DNA from: a virus
Taxonomy: Duplodnaviria; Caudoviricetes
Reading direction: 5' to 3' (one strand)
Length of the DNA: 37,197 nt
IMG/VR virus record: IMGVR_UViG_3300048609_000006
Span: 1 to 37,197 of that record
The notes below the pieces were generated by a model. It had not been told where the DNA came from. It ran no database searches and saw nothing but the letters and a program-made list of their open reading frames with translations. Shown here piece after piece: positions 25,204 to 33,595 of this stretch. The translations under genes were made by a program, and so were the position numbers. Each line of letters begins with the position of its first letter. Position 1 is the first letter of the stretch.

Positions 25204-25596
25204 CTACATCCCCAATCGCTCGAAAATCTCTTTTGCAACCTCTTCCGCAACTCCGCTTTGATAATGGTCTGCGGTCGAGCGCATAAACGGTCGAGGAGCA
25301 ACCCCTTCACGTCCAGTTTCGACATGGAATCCATAATTCGCTGATCTTCTTCCAATATTTATAGATGCACTTTGTTTGATTGTCCTCTTAGGCCTGGCCC
25401 GCGATATTTTAATTGCATCGCGCAAATGTAAATCATCACTCGAACCTATCGGAATGTTCGCTTTTATTTTCGGAGCTAAATATTCAGCTCCTTTATTTAC
25501 CGCACCATGAAGGATCACTTTTGACTCGTTTCCAAGTTGCGTCAACGCCCTCAATACTTCTTCAAATCCTTCTACTTCAACGTCGATTCTCGCCAA
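25204..25596 (-). CDS. HK97 gp10-family tail component
   Basis: 'VEGFEEVLRAL', 'LRDAI' and 'YGFHVETG...APRPFMR'. Confidence 0.85.
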   Translation of the reverse strand: MARIDVEVEGFEEVLRALTQLGNESKVILHGAVNKGAEYLAPKIKANIPIGSSDDLHLRDAIKISRARPKRTIKQSASINIGRRSANYGFHVETGREGVAPRPFMRSTADHYQSGVAEEVAKEIFERLGM

Positions 25597-25597
25597 A

Positions 25598-25921
25598 TCA
25601 ATCCCCTCCTAAGGCGGAATTCATGAGTTTTACCATTGCGAACATTTGTTCAGCAGATTGCTCTTTTTTTGTTTCTTCTTTACTCATAAAATCTTTATAA
25701 CTTGGTATCTTCTCCGCTCTAGTTAACGCAGCGATAAGCCATGCCTGAGACATGGATATTTCCATATTTTTTTCTTCTCGATTTATATATTCATTCATCA
25801 AAACGTTAAATTCGTAAGGAGTTAATTGCCAAAACTCTAACGGTTTTATTCCGGCGGTAGCAGCTTGCTTGATTAGATCGTCCCAGACCCAAGATTCATC
25901 GCTACCGCCTGCTTGTTTTTT
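25598..25921 (-). CDS. Tail assembly chaperone C-terminal extension (gpGT-like, -1 frame)
   Basis: The -1 frame is open from the slippery site: KQAGGSDESWVWDDLIKQAATAGIKPLEFWQLTPYEFNVL, continuing into ORF 25598-25801. Confidence 0.8.
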   Translation of the reverse strand, partial: KKQAGGSDESWVWDDLIKQAATAGIKPLEFWQLTPYEFNVLMNEYINREEKNMEISMSQAWLIAALTRAEKIPSYKDFMSKEETKKEQSAEQMFAMVKLMNSALGGD

Positions 25922-26199
25922 GAGAATGCCTCGTCGATTGCCTTGCCCATTAGTTCAGCCGCTTCTTCGATTGAGCTATGATCGTCGATAAGTTCCATTA
26001 CTTTTTCTGGTGTCAGTTCCTTATCTTCGTGATACAGCCCGACAAATATCAGCACACCCAAATCTTTTATGGATACTTTGTTAAAGTCAATGAATAGCAT
26101 TTCTTTGCCTGTTGTTTCTTCAAAAAGTGAAAGGGCGACCATACCATATCTAAGATTGCGGACCTTGTCCAATTTATAGGGTATATATGCTTTTGCCAT
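25873..26199 (-). CDS. Tail assembly chaperone (gpG-like)
   Basis: Follows the major tail protein. A AAA AAC slippery heptamer near the 3' end. Confidence 0.85.
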   Translation of the reverse strand: MAKAYIPYKLDKVRNLRYGMVALSLFEETTGKEMLFIDFNKVSIKDLGVLIFVGLYHEDKELTPEKVMELIDDHSSIEEAAELMGKAIDEAFSKNKQAVAMNLGSGTI

Positions 26200-26202
26200 A
26201 AT

Positions 26203-26229
26203 AAATAGGGGCTACCGCAGCAACCCCTT
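26203..26229 (-). terminator. Hairpin or weak terminator after the major tail gene
   Basis: Minus strand AGGGGTTGC-TGCG-GTAGCCCCCT-ATTT, directly against the chaperone start region. Confidence 0.5.
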
Positions 26230-26247
26230 GTCCCTCCTTTAATTCAA

Positions 26248-26967
26248 TTAGGAAACCTTATTCAAAATTATATTGTACGTTATTTCCGTCTTTCCAACTT
26301 CGTTAACGACTAAAGTAACTCGTTTGCTGACTGCGATTGTTAATGCAATAGACGATGAAGCAACTCCAGATGTAACTGATTCGATATAAACGTCATCAAT
26401 ATAAAGCTTGATCGTATGCGAGGCCGCTGTAGGAGTTACAGTTACACTTGCTGCCGTCACCCCGATGAATGTATAGGAACGGAGTGCTGTACCGAATGCA
26501 GGGGATAATGCGCCGCCTGCTCCAGTCAAGGTTAGGGCAGTCAATCCACCGGATGCAGTTATGTTGAGTGTAGGCTTTCCAGATATCTTCAAGACAGCTT
26601 CAAACTTCAATGCCCCGCCTGTATCTGCATCACCACCTTTAAAGCTTTTGACTAACGCCGAGAACGTCCACGTTGCGCCCATGGATGTTGGAAATGTAAT
26701 GGTGTAACTCCCCAATGTCCCTGCGTTAAAATCAGTTAAAAGCACTGCTTGTCCCAAGGTATCTCCCGGATACATATTGCCCGAAATCTGACACTCTCCA
26801 CCGTCACGAAAACCTTGGATAAACTCTTTATAACCGTCCGCCTGAGCCAGTGTGGTGACATCCACCATATCGGAATCTATCGCTAGACCGCCGATATTCG
26901 TTACTTCACCAATTACATTTAAACCAGTTTTTATTGTCGTACTTTTAGAATGGACTGCTGCTGTCAT
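26248..26967 (-). CDS. Major tail tube protein with C-terminal Ig/cadherin-like domain
   Basis: 'VDVTTL...GYKEFIQGFRDGGE...LKISGKP' tube fold, then 'LTALTL...LSPAF...YT...VTVTPTA'. Confidence 0.88.
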   Translation of the reverse strand: MTAAVHSKSTTIKTGLNVIGEVTNIGGLAIDSDMVDVTTLAQADGYKEFIQGFRDGGECQISGNMYPGDTLGQAVLLTDFNAGTLGSYTITFPTSMGATWTFSALVKSFKGGDADTGGALKFEAVLKISGKPTLNITASGGLTALTLTGAGGALSPAFGTALRSYTFIGVTAASVTVTPTAASHTIKLYIDDVYIESVTSGVASSSIALTIAVSKRVTLVVNEVGKTEITYNIILNKVS

Positions 26968-26979
26968 TTTAGAACCTCC

Positions 26980-27357
26980 TTATTCGGTATAATAAATAGA
27001 AAACTCAACGACACCTTTATATTTCACGATGTCGATGAGTTCTTCAATATCTTCCATTTCGTTTAATATTTCGACTGACTGGATGAACGTGCTCCCAATC
27101 GTTAACTGGTTGTATGTTTTTAACCTAGCGATTACCGCCGCTTTAATTGTTAACATCGCCGCTCTGGTGCTGTGATAGATGTCTAATTGAAAGGCGGTTT
27201 CTACGTTGCCAAAGCTTGTGAGTGTCTGCTCCCGCTGCGTGCTGATGCGGTTGTAAACGCCATAAGGCAACGTTGCGCTTTTGCCTGCCCTAAGTGCGTA
27301 AAGGGATGATAAACCCGTGACCGTGATTAGGTTCGCGTACAGATTATTTTCGATCAC
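26980..27357 (-). CDS. Tail completion/terminator protein (DUF3168/gp17-like)
   Basis: 'LPYGVYNRIS...FQLDIYH'. Directly before the major tail gene. Confidence 0.8.
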   Translation of the reverse strand: MIENNLYANLITVTGLSSLYALRAGKSATLPYGVYNRISTQREQTLTSFGNVETAFQLDIYHSTRAAMLTIKAAVIARLKTYNQLTIGSTFIQSVEILNEMEDIEELIDIVKYKGVVEFSIYYTE

Positions 27358-27677
27358 ACAAACACCTCTTTTGCACCAATCTGCATCTCGATATTGCGCT
27401 CTTCATAGTCCAACACTTCAAAAATCTGAAATATTCGAGTTCCGAAAAGCGCTCTGCATTTTGGGGTTACAGTAGAAAGATGGCGTATCCTGATTTTGTG
27501 CGTGATTTCGGAATTAACCATTTTGGCATTCACTAGTTCGCGACCGACTAGAGGTGAAATCGATGCCCAAACCGTCGCTAATGTTGCCCACGTTTCAACA
27601 AGTCCGCCTCCTGCATCCACCGTATCCGTAGAAGTCTGGAATGTGATTCTATGTCTTAAGGAACCTGCATTCATCAT
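27354..27677 (-). CDS. Head closure (head-tail adaptor, SPP1 gp16-like)
   Basis: 'MNAGSLRHRITFQ...W..LATVWASISPLVGRE...THKIRIRH'. Confidence 0.92.
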   Translation of the reverse strand: MMNAGSLRHRITFQTSTDTVDAGGGLVETWATLATVWASISPLVGRELVNAKMVNSEITHKIRIRHLSTVTPKCRALFGTRIFQIFEVLDYEERNIEMQIGAKEVFV

Positions 27678-28270
27678 TGCAACCTCATTACACGGTATGG
27701 TCCGATCAAATAATCGAACGTCATCGGCACTTTCTCTACGGCTTTATCGACGGGCTGCCTATTTTCGTACCAGTGCGCCACAAGGAAGAAGATTGCTTGT
27801 TTTAAAGGTTGCGGGACTGCTACTGCCAAGCCGTAACCAGCCACAAAACGGATGCGGATCGCTGAAGCAGGTCTTAAAACGACGGTCGGCCATTGTTTGC
27901 CATAGCCCAAAACAACTCTTCCGCTATCGGTATCAACGATGTAATCGGCAGCGGACATGGTGTTGGTCACATCATCCGAACCGATATAAGTAATGCTTGT
28001 CACCGATTGCAGCTTAGGTTTACGCATAGTTATGGTGTTTCCACACGGAAAACGATCCAATACATAGTCCCAAGTCTGTGTTATCAACGCTCGGTTTGTG
28101 CGTTCCTCTGCAATTGTGCGAGCTGCGACAATCAATGCAGTTATATAGGAGTCATCATCCGTGGAATCTATACGCAAATGTGCCTTTGCTTCGGTCAATG
28201 TAATTGGTTCAACAGCAGGGGCTGTGACGAGTGTCAGTGCCCATTGAATATTCTTGTTATTCAGGCTCAT
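27674..28270 (-). CDS. Head-tail connector (HK97 gp6 / phiE125 gp8-like)
   Basis: 'EPITLTEAKAHLRID...DDSYI...RALITQTW...VAHWYENR'. Confidence 0.92.
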   Translation of the reverse strand: MSLNNKNIQWALTLVTAPAVEPITLTEAKAHLRIDSTDDDSYITALIVAARTIAEERTNRALITQTWDYVLDRFPCGNTITMRKPKLQSVTSITYIGSDDVTNTMSAADYIVDTDSGRVVLGYGKQWPTVVLRPASAIRIRFVAGYGLAVAVPQPLKQAIFFLVAHWYENRQPVDKAVEKVPMTFDYLIGPYRVMRLQ

Positions 28271-28306
28271 TACCTCTCATCCTTTCTTGTAAATATCAAT
28301 CCTCCT

Positions 28307-29122
28307 TTATGCTGTAGTGAACGCCTGCCATACGCTCCATCTAGTGTAGTAACCTTCCAAATGTTTGTGACGAGTTCTCAGCTCGTATATGGTTGCTAAT
28401 GTTAATGCTGGAGACACATTTACACTTAAACTTGCAACATCTCCACTACTATATACGACTATCCCAGAAGATTGTGAGCGAATTTCAATTTGTGTATATG
28501 ATTGAGTATAGTCATGATGTGCCGTTGTTGTTGCGTGTATCGTAGCCCAAGAGTTATTCATGCTGAATGTACATGTTCCTGTTAAAAATGTAGTCGTTCG
28601 CAATTTAACTTCTGTGGCGGTCGTTGTTCTTATCACAGCTTTGGCTTGAGGTTGCGATCCTGCATTGCTGGCAAATGTAGACGGTATGATACTTCCAGAT
28701 TGAGCATTAGGAAGAACGGAATTATCCGCAGCCAATACCCAATCGAAGTAAACAAATCCAGCGGCAGAAGTAAATGCAGTGAGATTAGGCGCTCCCGTAA
28801 GCTCAAACTCATAATGAGCAGGTAACGTAAATACTCCAGTAGTTGTATTTAACGGTATATCCGTGTCGGAAAATTGGTTATAGACAAGATCTGTATCGAT
28901 TACTATCCCGGTAACATCTGAAGTTGCGCGGGTGTAAAAGCTGTAAAGATTCGATACGCCTTCTTTTGTAACAATCGTTGGCGTAACGCTTATACCAGTT
29001 TCCCCGATTGTTGGACTTGTTATTGTAGGTAACGGCATTGTGGTAGAATGCACGGATTGATGAAAAAACGTATCGTCTGGATCTATTACCGGTGTATCTG
29101 ATATGCCGTTTATTATCCTCAT
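28307..29122 (-). CDS. Putative virion accessory protein (beta-rich; C1q/BclA-like middle, FnIII-like end)
   Basis: Thr-rich. 'LNTTTGVFTLPA' and C-terminal 'YELRTRHK...YTRWSVWQAFTT'. Confidence 0.5.
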   Translation of the reverse strand: MRIINGISDTPVIDPDDTFFHQSVHSTTMPLPTITSPTIGETGISVTPTIVTKEGVSNLYSFYTRATSDVTGIVIDTDLVYNQFSDTDIPLNTTTGVFTLPAHYEFELTGAPNLTAFTSAAGFVYFDWVLAADNSVLPNAQSGSIIPSTFASNAGSQPQAKAVIRTTTATEVKLRTTTFLTGTCTFSMNNSWATIHATTTAHHDYTQSYTQIEIRSQSSGIVVYSSGDVASLSVNVSPALTLATIYELRTRHKHLEGYYTRWSVWQAFTTA

Positions 29123-29134
29123 CGTTCATCCTCC

Positions 29135-29494
29135 TCAGTGGATTGCCGACCAAATAATCTCTAGGCCATACGTCCTTGTACTGGCATTTGCCCATGCTAT
29201 AACCAATTTATCGCCATTTGAAAAATTTATAGGTCTAGTAGGTTGCCAGTGCAAATCAACTACGCTAGTCATGTCCTGCGTGAAAAGGACTGTATCGTAT
29301 GCAGCGCCGGCAATGGCATCAAGCGTAATAGTTAAATTACCCGCTCCGCCTGCGGCGCTTAAATGCAGGCGAAATTCTTCGAGTTGAAATGTCTGCACCG
29401 GATCAAGAGTTGAAGCTATCGCTATCGCCCCAGTGGCTCGGTGAAATCTCCGCATTTGTTCACACCCCCTTATCTCGAGATAACAATAGTGCAT
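29135..29494 (-). CDS. Hypothetical head-region structural protein
   Basis: Beta-rich ORF in the late operon. True start probably MRRFHR after GGGGGTG. Confidence 0.6.
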   Translation of the reverse strand: MHYCYLEIRGCEQMRRFHRATGAIAIASTLDPVQTFQLEEFRLHLSAAGGAGNLTITLDAIAGAAYDTVLFTQDMTSVVDLHWQPTRPINFSNGDKLVIAWANASTRTYGLEIIWSAIH

Positions 29495-30795
29495 GAAGCA
29501 GGCATAGTTGCATCTGTGCCGCCGTCACTTATAATCTCGATGGCTTGTCCTGCTGTCACAACATTTGTTGCAGTTGGAACCGAGCTTGATACAGTTCCTG
29601 CTGCTTGTGTAATAGTGATTTCCCAAGCTGGAGCCGTCACTAGGACACCTGCGATTTCAGCGGTAAGAACCGTTTTGGTAGTTGCATTATTAACATCATT
29701 CACAGCATATAGTCCTATAATGCTGCCTGCATGAGGAGCAACAACAAAGATGCTTCCTGCTGTACCTGCATCGGTGAATTTAGCTTGCACAAAATATTCA
29801 TTAAGTTCTGCTGTAGTTGAAGTAATACCTGTCATTGTGTTTAATTCTGCGGCATTTGCTGTAACCGAAGTTCCTGCTCCAGCTCCAATTTTCAATCCGC
29901 TAACCGGAAGAGCCAAGGCAGTTAAAGCGCTATTAGCATCGACAACAAGCGCTTTACTAGCCGTTGTTGTTCCAGCAGTAACGCCGTTTAACACATTTAA
30001 TTCTGCTGCTGTACAATCAACTGCCGTTCCTGCTGCCGCACCTATTTTAAGTCCACTTACAGGTAATGCAATGTTACTTATTGCGCTGTTGGCATCAACA
30101 ACTAATGCTTTAGATGCCGCGGTTGTCCCGCCTGTAACTCCAGCTAATTTATTGATTTCCACCGCCGTTGAAGTAACTGCCGTTCCTGCGACAGCCCCCA
30201 AATATAAACCGCCATCAGCAATGACGAGCGTATCTATATTTTTTGTTGCCCCTAAAGATAAAACTTTGCTTGCTACTGCCGTTCCTGCGATAGATCCATC
30301 AATTAAATTAATTTCCGCTGCTGTTGCCGTTATAGCTGTTCCCGCTCCAGCTCCTAATGAAAGTCCTCCATCTGCAATAACAAGAACGTCAAGGTTTTTA
30401 TTGGCTCCCAAAACAGCCGCTTTACTAGCTACCGAAGTACCCGCTACAGAACCATCAAGCAAGTTTATTTCTGCGGCTGTAGATGTTACTGCCGTGCCTG
30501 TAGTTGCTCCGAGTTTCAACCCACCATCTGCAATAACGATAGTATCAATGTGCTTGTCAGCATCAACCACAACCGCCTTTGAGGCAGTAACTGTCCCTGG
30601 GGTTATGCCGTCTAAATATAAACTCTCCGCAGGGCTAGCAAGAGCTACGCCGGCTACTTTTAATTTATCTGCTATTTTAATGTCTACCGTTCCGTCAGAC
30701 TCAATAGATAACAATTCCGTTCCGCTATTGTCTGTGTAGACGAGATTTCCACTCGACCATTTTGCTTTTATATTAGTTACCGGCATTGCATCCAT
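29470..30795 (-). CDS. Putative head fibre/decoration protein with five 52-aa repeats
   Basis: Unit LDG..AGT..ASKA.V.....D..VIADGGL.LGA.AGTA.T.TAAEIN. 156-bp DNA periodicity. Confidence 0.7.
   Translation of the reverse strand: MDAMPVTNIKAKWSSGNLVYTDNSGTELLSIESDGTVDIKIADKLKVAGVALASPAESLYLDGITPGTVTASKAVVVDADKHIDTIVIADGGLKLGATTGTAVTSTAAEINLLDGSVAGTSVASKAAVLGANKNLDVLVIADGGLSLGAGAGTAITATAAEINLIDGSIAGTAVASKVLSLGATKNIDTLVIADGGLYLGAVAGTAVTSTAVEINKLAGVTGGTTAASKALVVDANSAISNIALPVSGLKIGAAAGTAVDCTAAELNVLNGVTAGTTTASKALVVDANSALTALALPVSGLKIGAGAGTSVTANAAELNTMTGITSTTAELNEYFVQAKFTDAGTAGSIFVVAPHAGSIIGLYAVNDVNNATTKTVLTAEIAGVLVTAPAWEITITQAAGTVSSSVPTATNVVTAGQAIEIISDGGTDATMPASCTIVISR
29836..30615. repeat. Five degenerate 156-bp tandem repeats
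   Basis: CCnCCATCwGCAAT recurs at ~30209, 30365 and 30521. Protein repeats align without gaps. Confidence 0.85.
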
Positions 30796-30833
30796 CTCCC
30801 TTTGAGTTTAAGGCCGTGGTTCGGCCGAATGAT

Positions 30834-30857
30834 AAAAAAACCACCCCGAAGGATGGC
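30834..30857 (-). terminator. Intrinsic terminator with UUCG loop
   Basis: Minus strand GCCATCC-TTCG-GGGTGGT-TTTTTT. Confidence 0.8.
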
Positions 30858-30865
30858 GCGTTACA

Positions 30866-31348
30866 TTATGCGATTGCTGTCGCGGACTGATCTCCGCCAT
30901 ATCTTGCTCCGGAAAGAATGGCTACTGCGCTGACGAGAGTTGCTCCGCCTGGTGCCGACCATTTAAGGATTAAACAAGGATATCCGTCTGAAAGTTGAGC
31001 GGCATCAATCTCGATTACGTAAGTGATATTGTCGTTCGCGCTCACATCAATGCCCGTTGCAGCCACTGCGGCTGTTCTTGCTCCAAGTGTGTCTCCTGCG
31101 GCCGTTGTTTCAGCATAGTAACTAAAATCAATCGCTGTATCGTTTGATGGCGTGAAGTTGTCGCACTCTTCGATGGTGACGAATCCAGCATCTGCGTTGG
31201 TCGCGCCACAAGTAACGATGATTGAGCAATGCGCATAGTTCTTCATGCTCCACACATCGCTTGTGACAGCTCCTGTAATGGATACTGGCGGTAAAATATT
31301 AACGACGTGAAACTCTTCTGCAATTGTTGTTCCTGCCATTTCAAACAT
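30866..31348 (-). CDS. Putative capsid decoration/cement protein
   Basis: 160-aa beta-rich ORF directly after the capsid gene ('WSMKNY...YVIEIDAAQL...AILSGARY'). AGGAGG RBS. Confidence 0.6.
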   Translation of the reverse strand: MFEMAGTTIAEEFHVVNILPPVSITGAVTSDVWSMKNYAHCSIIVTCGATNADAGFVTIEECDNFTPSNDTAIDFSYYAETTAAGDTLGARTAAVAATGIDVSANDNITYVIEIDAAQLSDGYPCLILKWSAPGGATLVSAVAILSGARYGGDQSATAIA

Positions 31349-31392
31349 TCCTCCTAGAATTTTAGTGGCGAAGATAAACCGAAAAAAGGCAT

Positions 31393-31415
31393 AATAAAAA
31401 GCCCTTTCTCGGCTT
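31393..31415 (-). terminator. Intrinsic terminator after the capsid gene
   Basis: Minus strand AAGCC-GAGAAAG-GGCTT-TTTATT. Confidence 0.65.
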
Positions 31416-31428
31416 GTGGGTTAAGCTA

Positions 31429-32757
31429 TTATCTTGTTGCTAAAACAACGTGCGGGCTTTGTGTGTTGCTGCCCTTAAATGGTGTTAATGTCGAGTGCCA
31501 GATCGGTTGTCCATCCACACGATAAACAAACTTGAACACCTGCTCATCGTAGATAAAACGAACATGAACCGATACGTCTGACTTGATAGAACCTTTGTCT
31601 GCGATGAGATATTGAGAAAAGTCAGAGAGGATGATATCACCGACAGTTCCAAGCGTCTGGCATTGCTCCAGCGGAATGACCGGGCGACCAAATAATGTGC
31701 TGTATGGCGAGTCCGACAATCCATTTGCCGGCATGTACACTGGCGCTCCGCCTGTGCCTACTGCGATAGACATGGTGTACAGTTGTGGCTCAATGTCTTG
31801 GTTGATATACCAAGCAGCATTCATGCGACTGCGACCGTAGCAACGAGACCACATCTTGACGATGTTCTCTACGAGGATTGTAGCAGCGGCTTGACCCGTT
31901 TCTTTAGTGACGGTCACTAAAGAAGGTGCATTTAGAATCCCTAATGGTTGTCCAGCCCCAGTGCCATTGATAATGACATCATCAAGCTTAAACCCAAATT
32001 CTTCGGCAAATCCGTCGGTTAGGATACTTTCTAGGGCTGCGGCATCTTCCAATAGTTCGTCCGTTGCATAGCAAAGACCTGTGAGCTTCTTCAGATTCAA
32101 TTCGATCTTACGGAATTTCGGCTTGCTGCCTACATAGACATCAGCTTCATTCTCCCAATAAGCTTGAATACCACCCATACGCGATCCATTGGCGCGGCTT
32201 GTCTCATCAATGCCGTTGATCTTAATACCGTTAGCATTGGCTGAGATAGGTATCTTGCGAACCCTCGAAGCAAGTACACCTGTATCGTAGGCTTTTTTTA
32301 GCAGTTCAGTTGTGAAGTCCTGCTGAACTAGAAAACCTCCATCACTCGGAACGGCTTCACTTAATCCAGTCGCTGCGTTCCTGATAAACAAGCGAGGATC
32401 GATAGTTCCTCCGGGCGCTGCGGCTGCTCTTACTGCCAGCATTTGCTCCCCGAAACTCGCCCAAGGCTTTTCTGCTTCGCGATTAGTACCGACAATAATT
32501 GCACTTGGCGTTGCCCTACCTCCCGCCGCCATTGGTACAGGAGTTTGCAGTTGCGAATTCAAAGCAACAAGTTCGGCCTCACGCTTGACTTGCAGTTCAG
32601 ACTCCGCAAGCTTCGCCTGATATGCATCGCGCTCCACTTCATAAGCCTTAAACATTGTTTCTTCTTCATCTGTGAATCCTCTACCAGCCGCTTTTGCTGT
32701 ATCCAGCATAGCTTTCATAGCAGCCAGCGTGTTCTTTAGTAATAATCCGTAATCCAT
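31429..32757 (-). CDS. Major capsid protein, HK97 fold with N-terminal scaffold (delta) domain
   Basis: Start MDYGLL at 32757 after AAAGGAG. 'SDGGFLV', 'TDELLEDAA', 'NGTGAGQPLGIL' and 'TLFGRPVI'. Confidence 0.95.
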   Translation of the reverse strand: MDYGLLLKNTLAAMKAMLDTAKAAGRGFTDEEETMFKAYEVERDAYQAKLAESELQVKREAELVALNSQLQTPVPMAAGGRATPSAIIVGTNREAEKPWASFGEQMLAVRAAAAPGGTIDPRLFIRNAATGLSEAVPSDGGFLVQQDFTTELLKKAYDTGVLASRVRKIPISANANGIKINGIDETSRANGSRMGGIQAYWENEADVYVGSKPKFRKIELNLKKLTGLCYATDELLEDAAALESILTDGFAEEFGFKLDDVIINGTGAGQPLGILNAPSLVTVTKETGQAAATILVENIVKMWSRCYGRSRMNAAWYINQDIEPQLYTMSIAVGTGGAPVYMPANGLSDSPYSTLFGRPVIPLEQCQTLGTVGDIILSDFSQYLIADKGSIKSDVSVHVRFIYDEQVFKFVYRVDGQPIWHSTLTPFKGSNTQSPHVVLATR

Positions 32758-32758
32758 T

Positions 32759-33595
32759 TTAACAACTCCTTTGATTTTGGTAGTATTCAAGGCTTTTATA
32801 TTCAAGATCGAAATTCCGACCTATAGCCGTTGTGGCAGGTTGAACGATTGGTTCAGGAGTAGTTGTCTCCTGTATGTTTTTGGCTGCAACTTGATCTTTT
32901 AGCGCCTTTATTTCTTTTATGAGTTCGGCAATAGGATCGGATGATTTCTCGTCAGGTAGCTTCGGAGCGTTTTTGAACTTGGATAAGTCCATTTCGATTC
33001 CGTTGATGATTGCTTTACCATCCCGAATAGATGCGGCGACTGGTTGGGAATCCTCTTCGAGTCTAGTGGCAAATCCTTTTTCTACCGCCGTAGCCGCTGA
33101 CATCCAAGTTTCATCTTCAAGCATTTGTGCTAATTCCTCTCGGTCAACGCCAGTTCGAGCAACGTAAATATCTGACATCGATCCGCCAACCTCTTCCAAG
33201 TCATCGGCAAGCTTTCGGAAGTCTTTCGCGTTACCCATTCCGAAAGTCCACGGATTATGAATCATGAGCATTGACCCATTGGGCATAATGATCTCGTCGC
33301 CAGCCATAGCGATGATTGAGGCGATAGAAGCGGCTATGCCATCGATATAGACCGTGATTTTGGCTTTATGCCGCTTGAGCATAGAATGAATAGCCACGCC
33401 AGCAAATACGCTACCTCCATTGCTGTTGATACGAACGGTGATATCGTCCACATCATCGCCAAGAGCTTTCAACTCATCGTTAAACTTTTGGGGAGTGACT
33501 GCGCTATCATCCCAATAACTCTCATAAGTGCTGATATCACCATAAATCATGATCTCTGCCGACTTGGCTTGAATCTTCTTCATCTTCCATTTCAT
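32759..33595 (-). CDS. Head maturation protease, ClpP-related (S14)
   Basis: 'RINSNGGSVF', 'DGIAASIASII', 'MIHNP' and 'ETWMSA..AVEKGFA'. Confidence 0.95.
   Translation of the reverse strand: MKWKMKKIQAKSAEIMIYGDISTYESYWDDSAVTPQKFNDELKALGDDVDDITVRINSNGGSVFAGVAIHSMLKRHKAKITVYIDGIAASIASIIAMAGDEIIMPNGSMLMIHNPWTFGMGNAKDFRKLADDLEEVGGSMSDIYVARTGVDREELAQMLEDETWMSAATAVEKGFATRLEEDSQPVAASIRDGKAIINGIEMDLSKFKNAPKLPDEKSSDPIAELIKEIKALKDQVAAKNIQETTTPEPIVQPATTAIGRNFDLEYKSLEYYQNQRSC

Noticed and set aside
29836-30615. Regular repeats considered as a CRISPR array or DGR template/variable repeats
   Set aside because: They are in-frame degenerate coding repeats with no unique spacers. No cas or reverse transcriptase gene is present, and no adenine-specific mismatch pattern is evident.
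29750-30739. 329-aa plus-strand ORF
   Set aside because: Antisense shadow of the Ala/Thr/Gly-rich repeat gene. No RBS, and opposite to the late operon.
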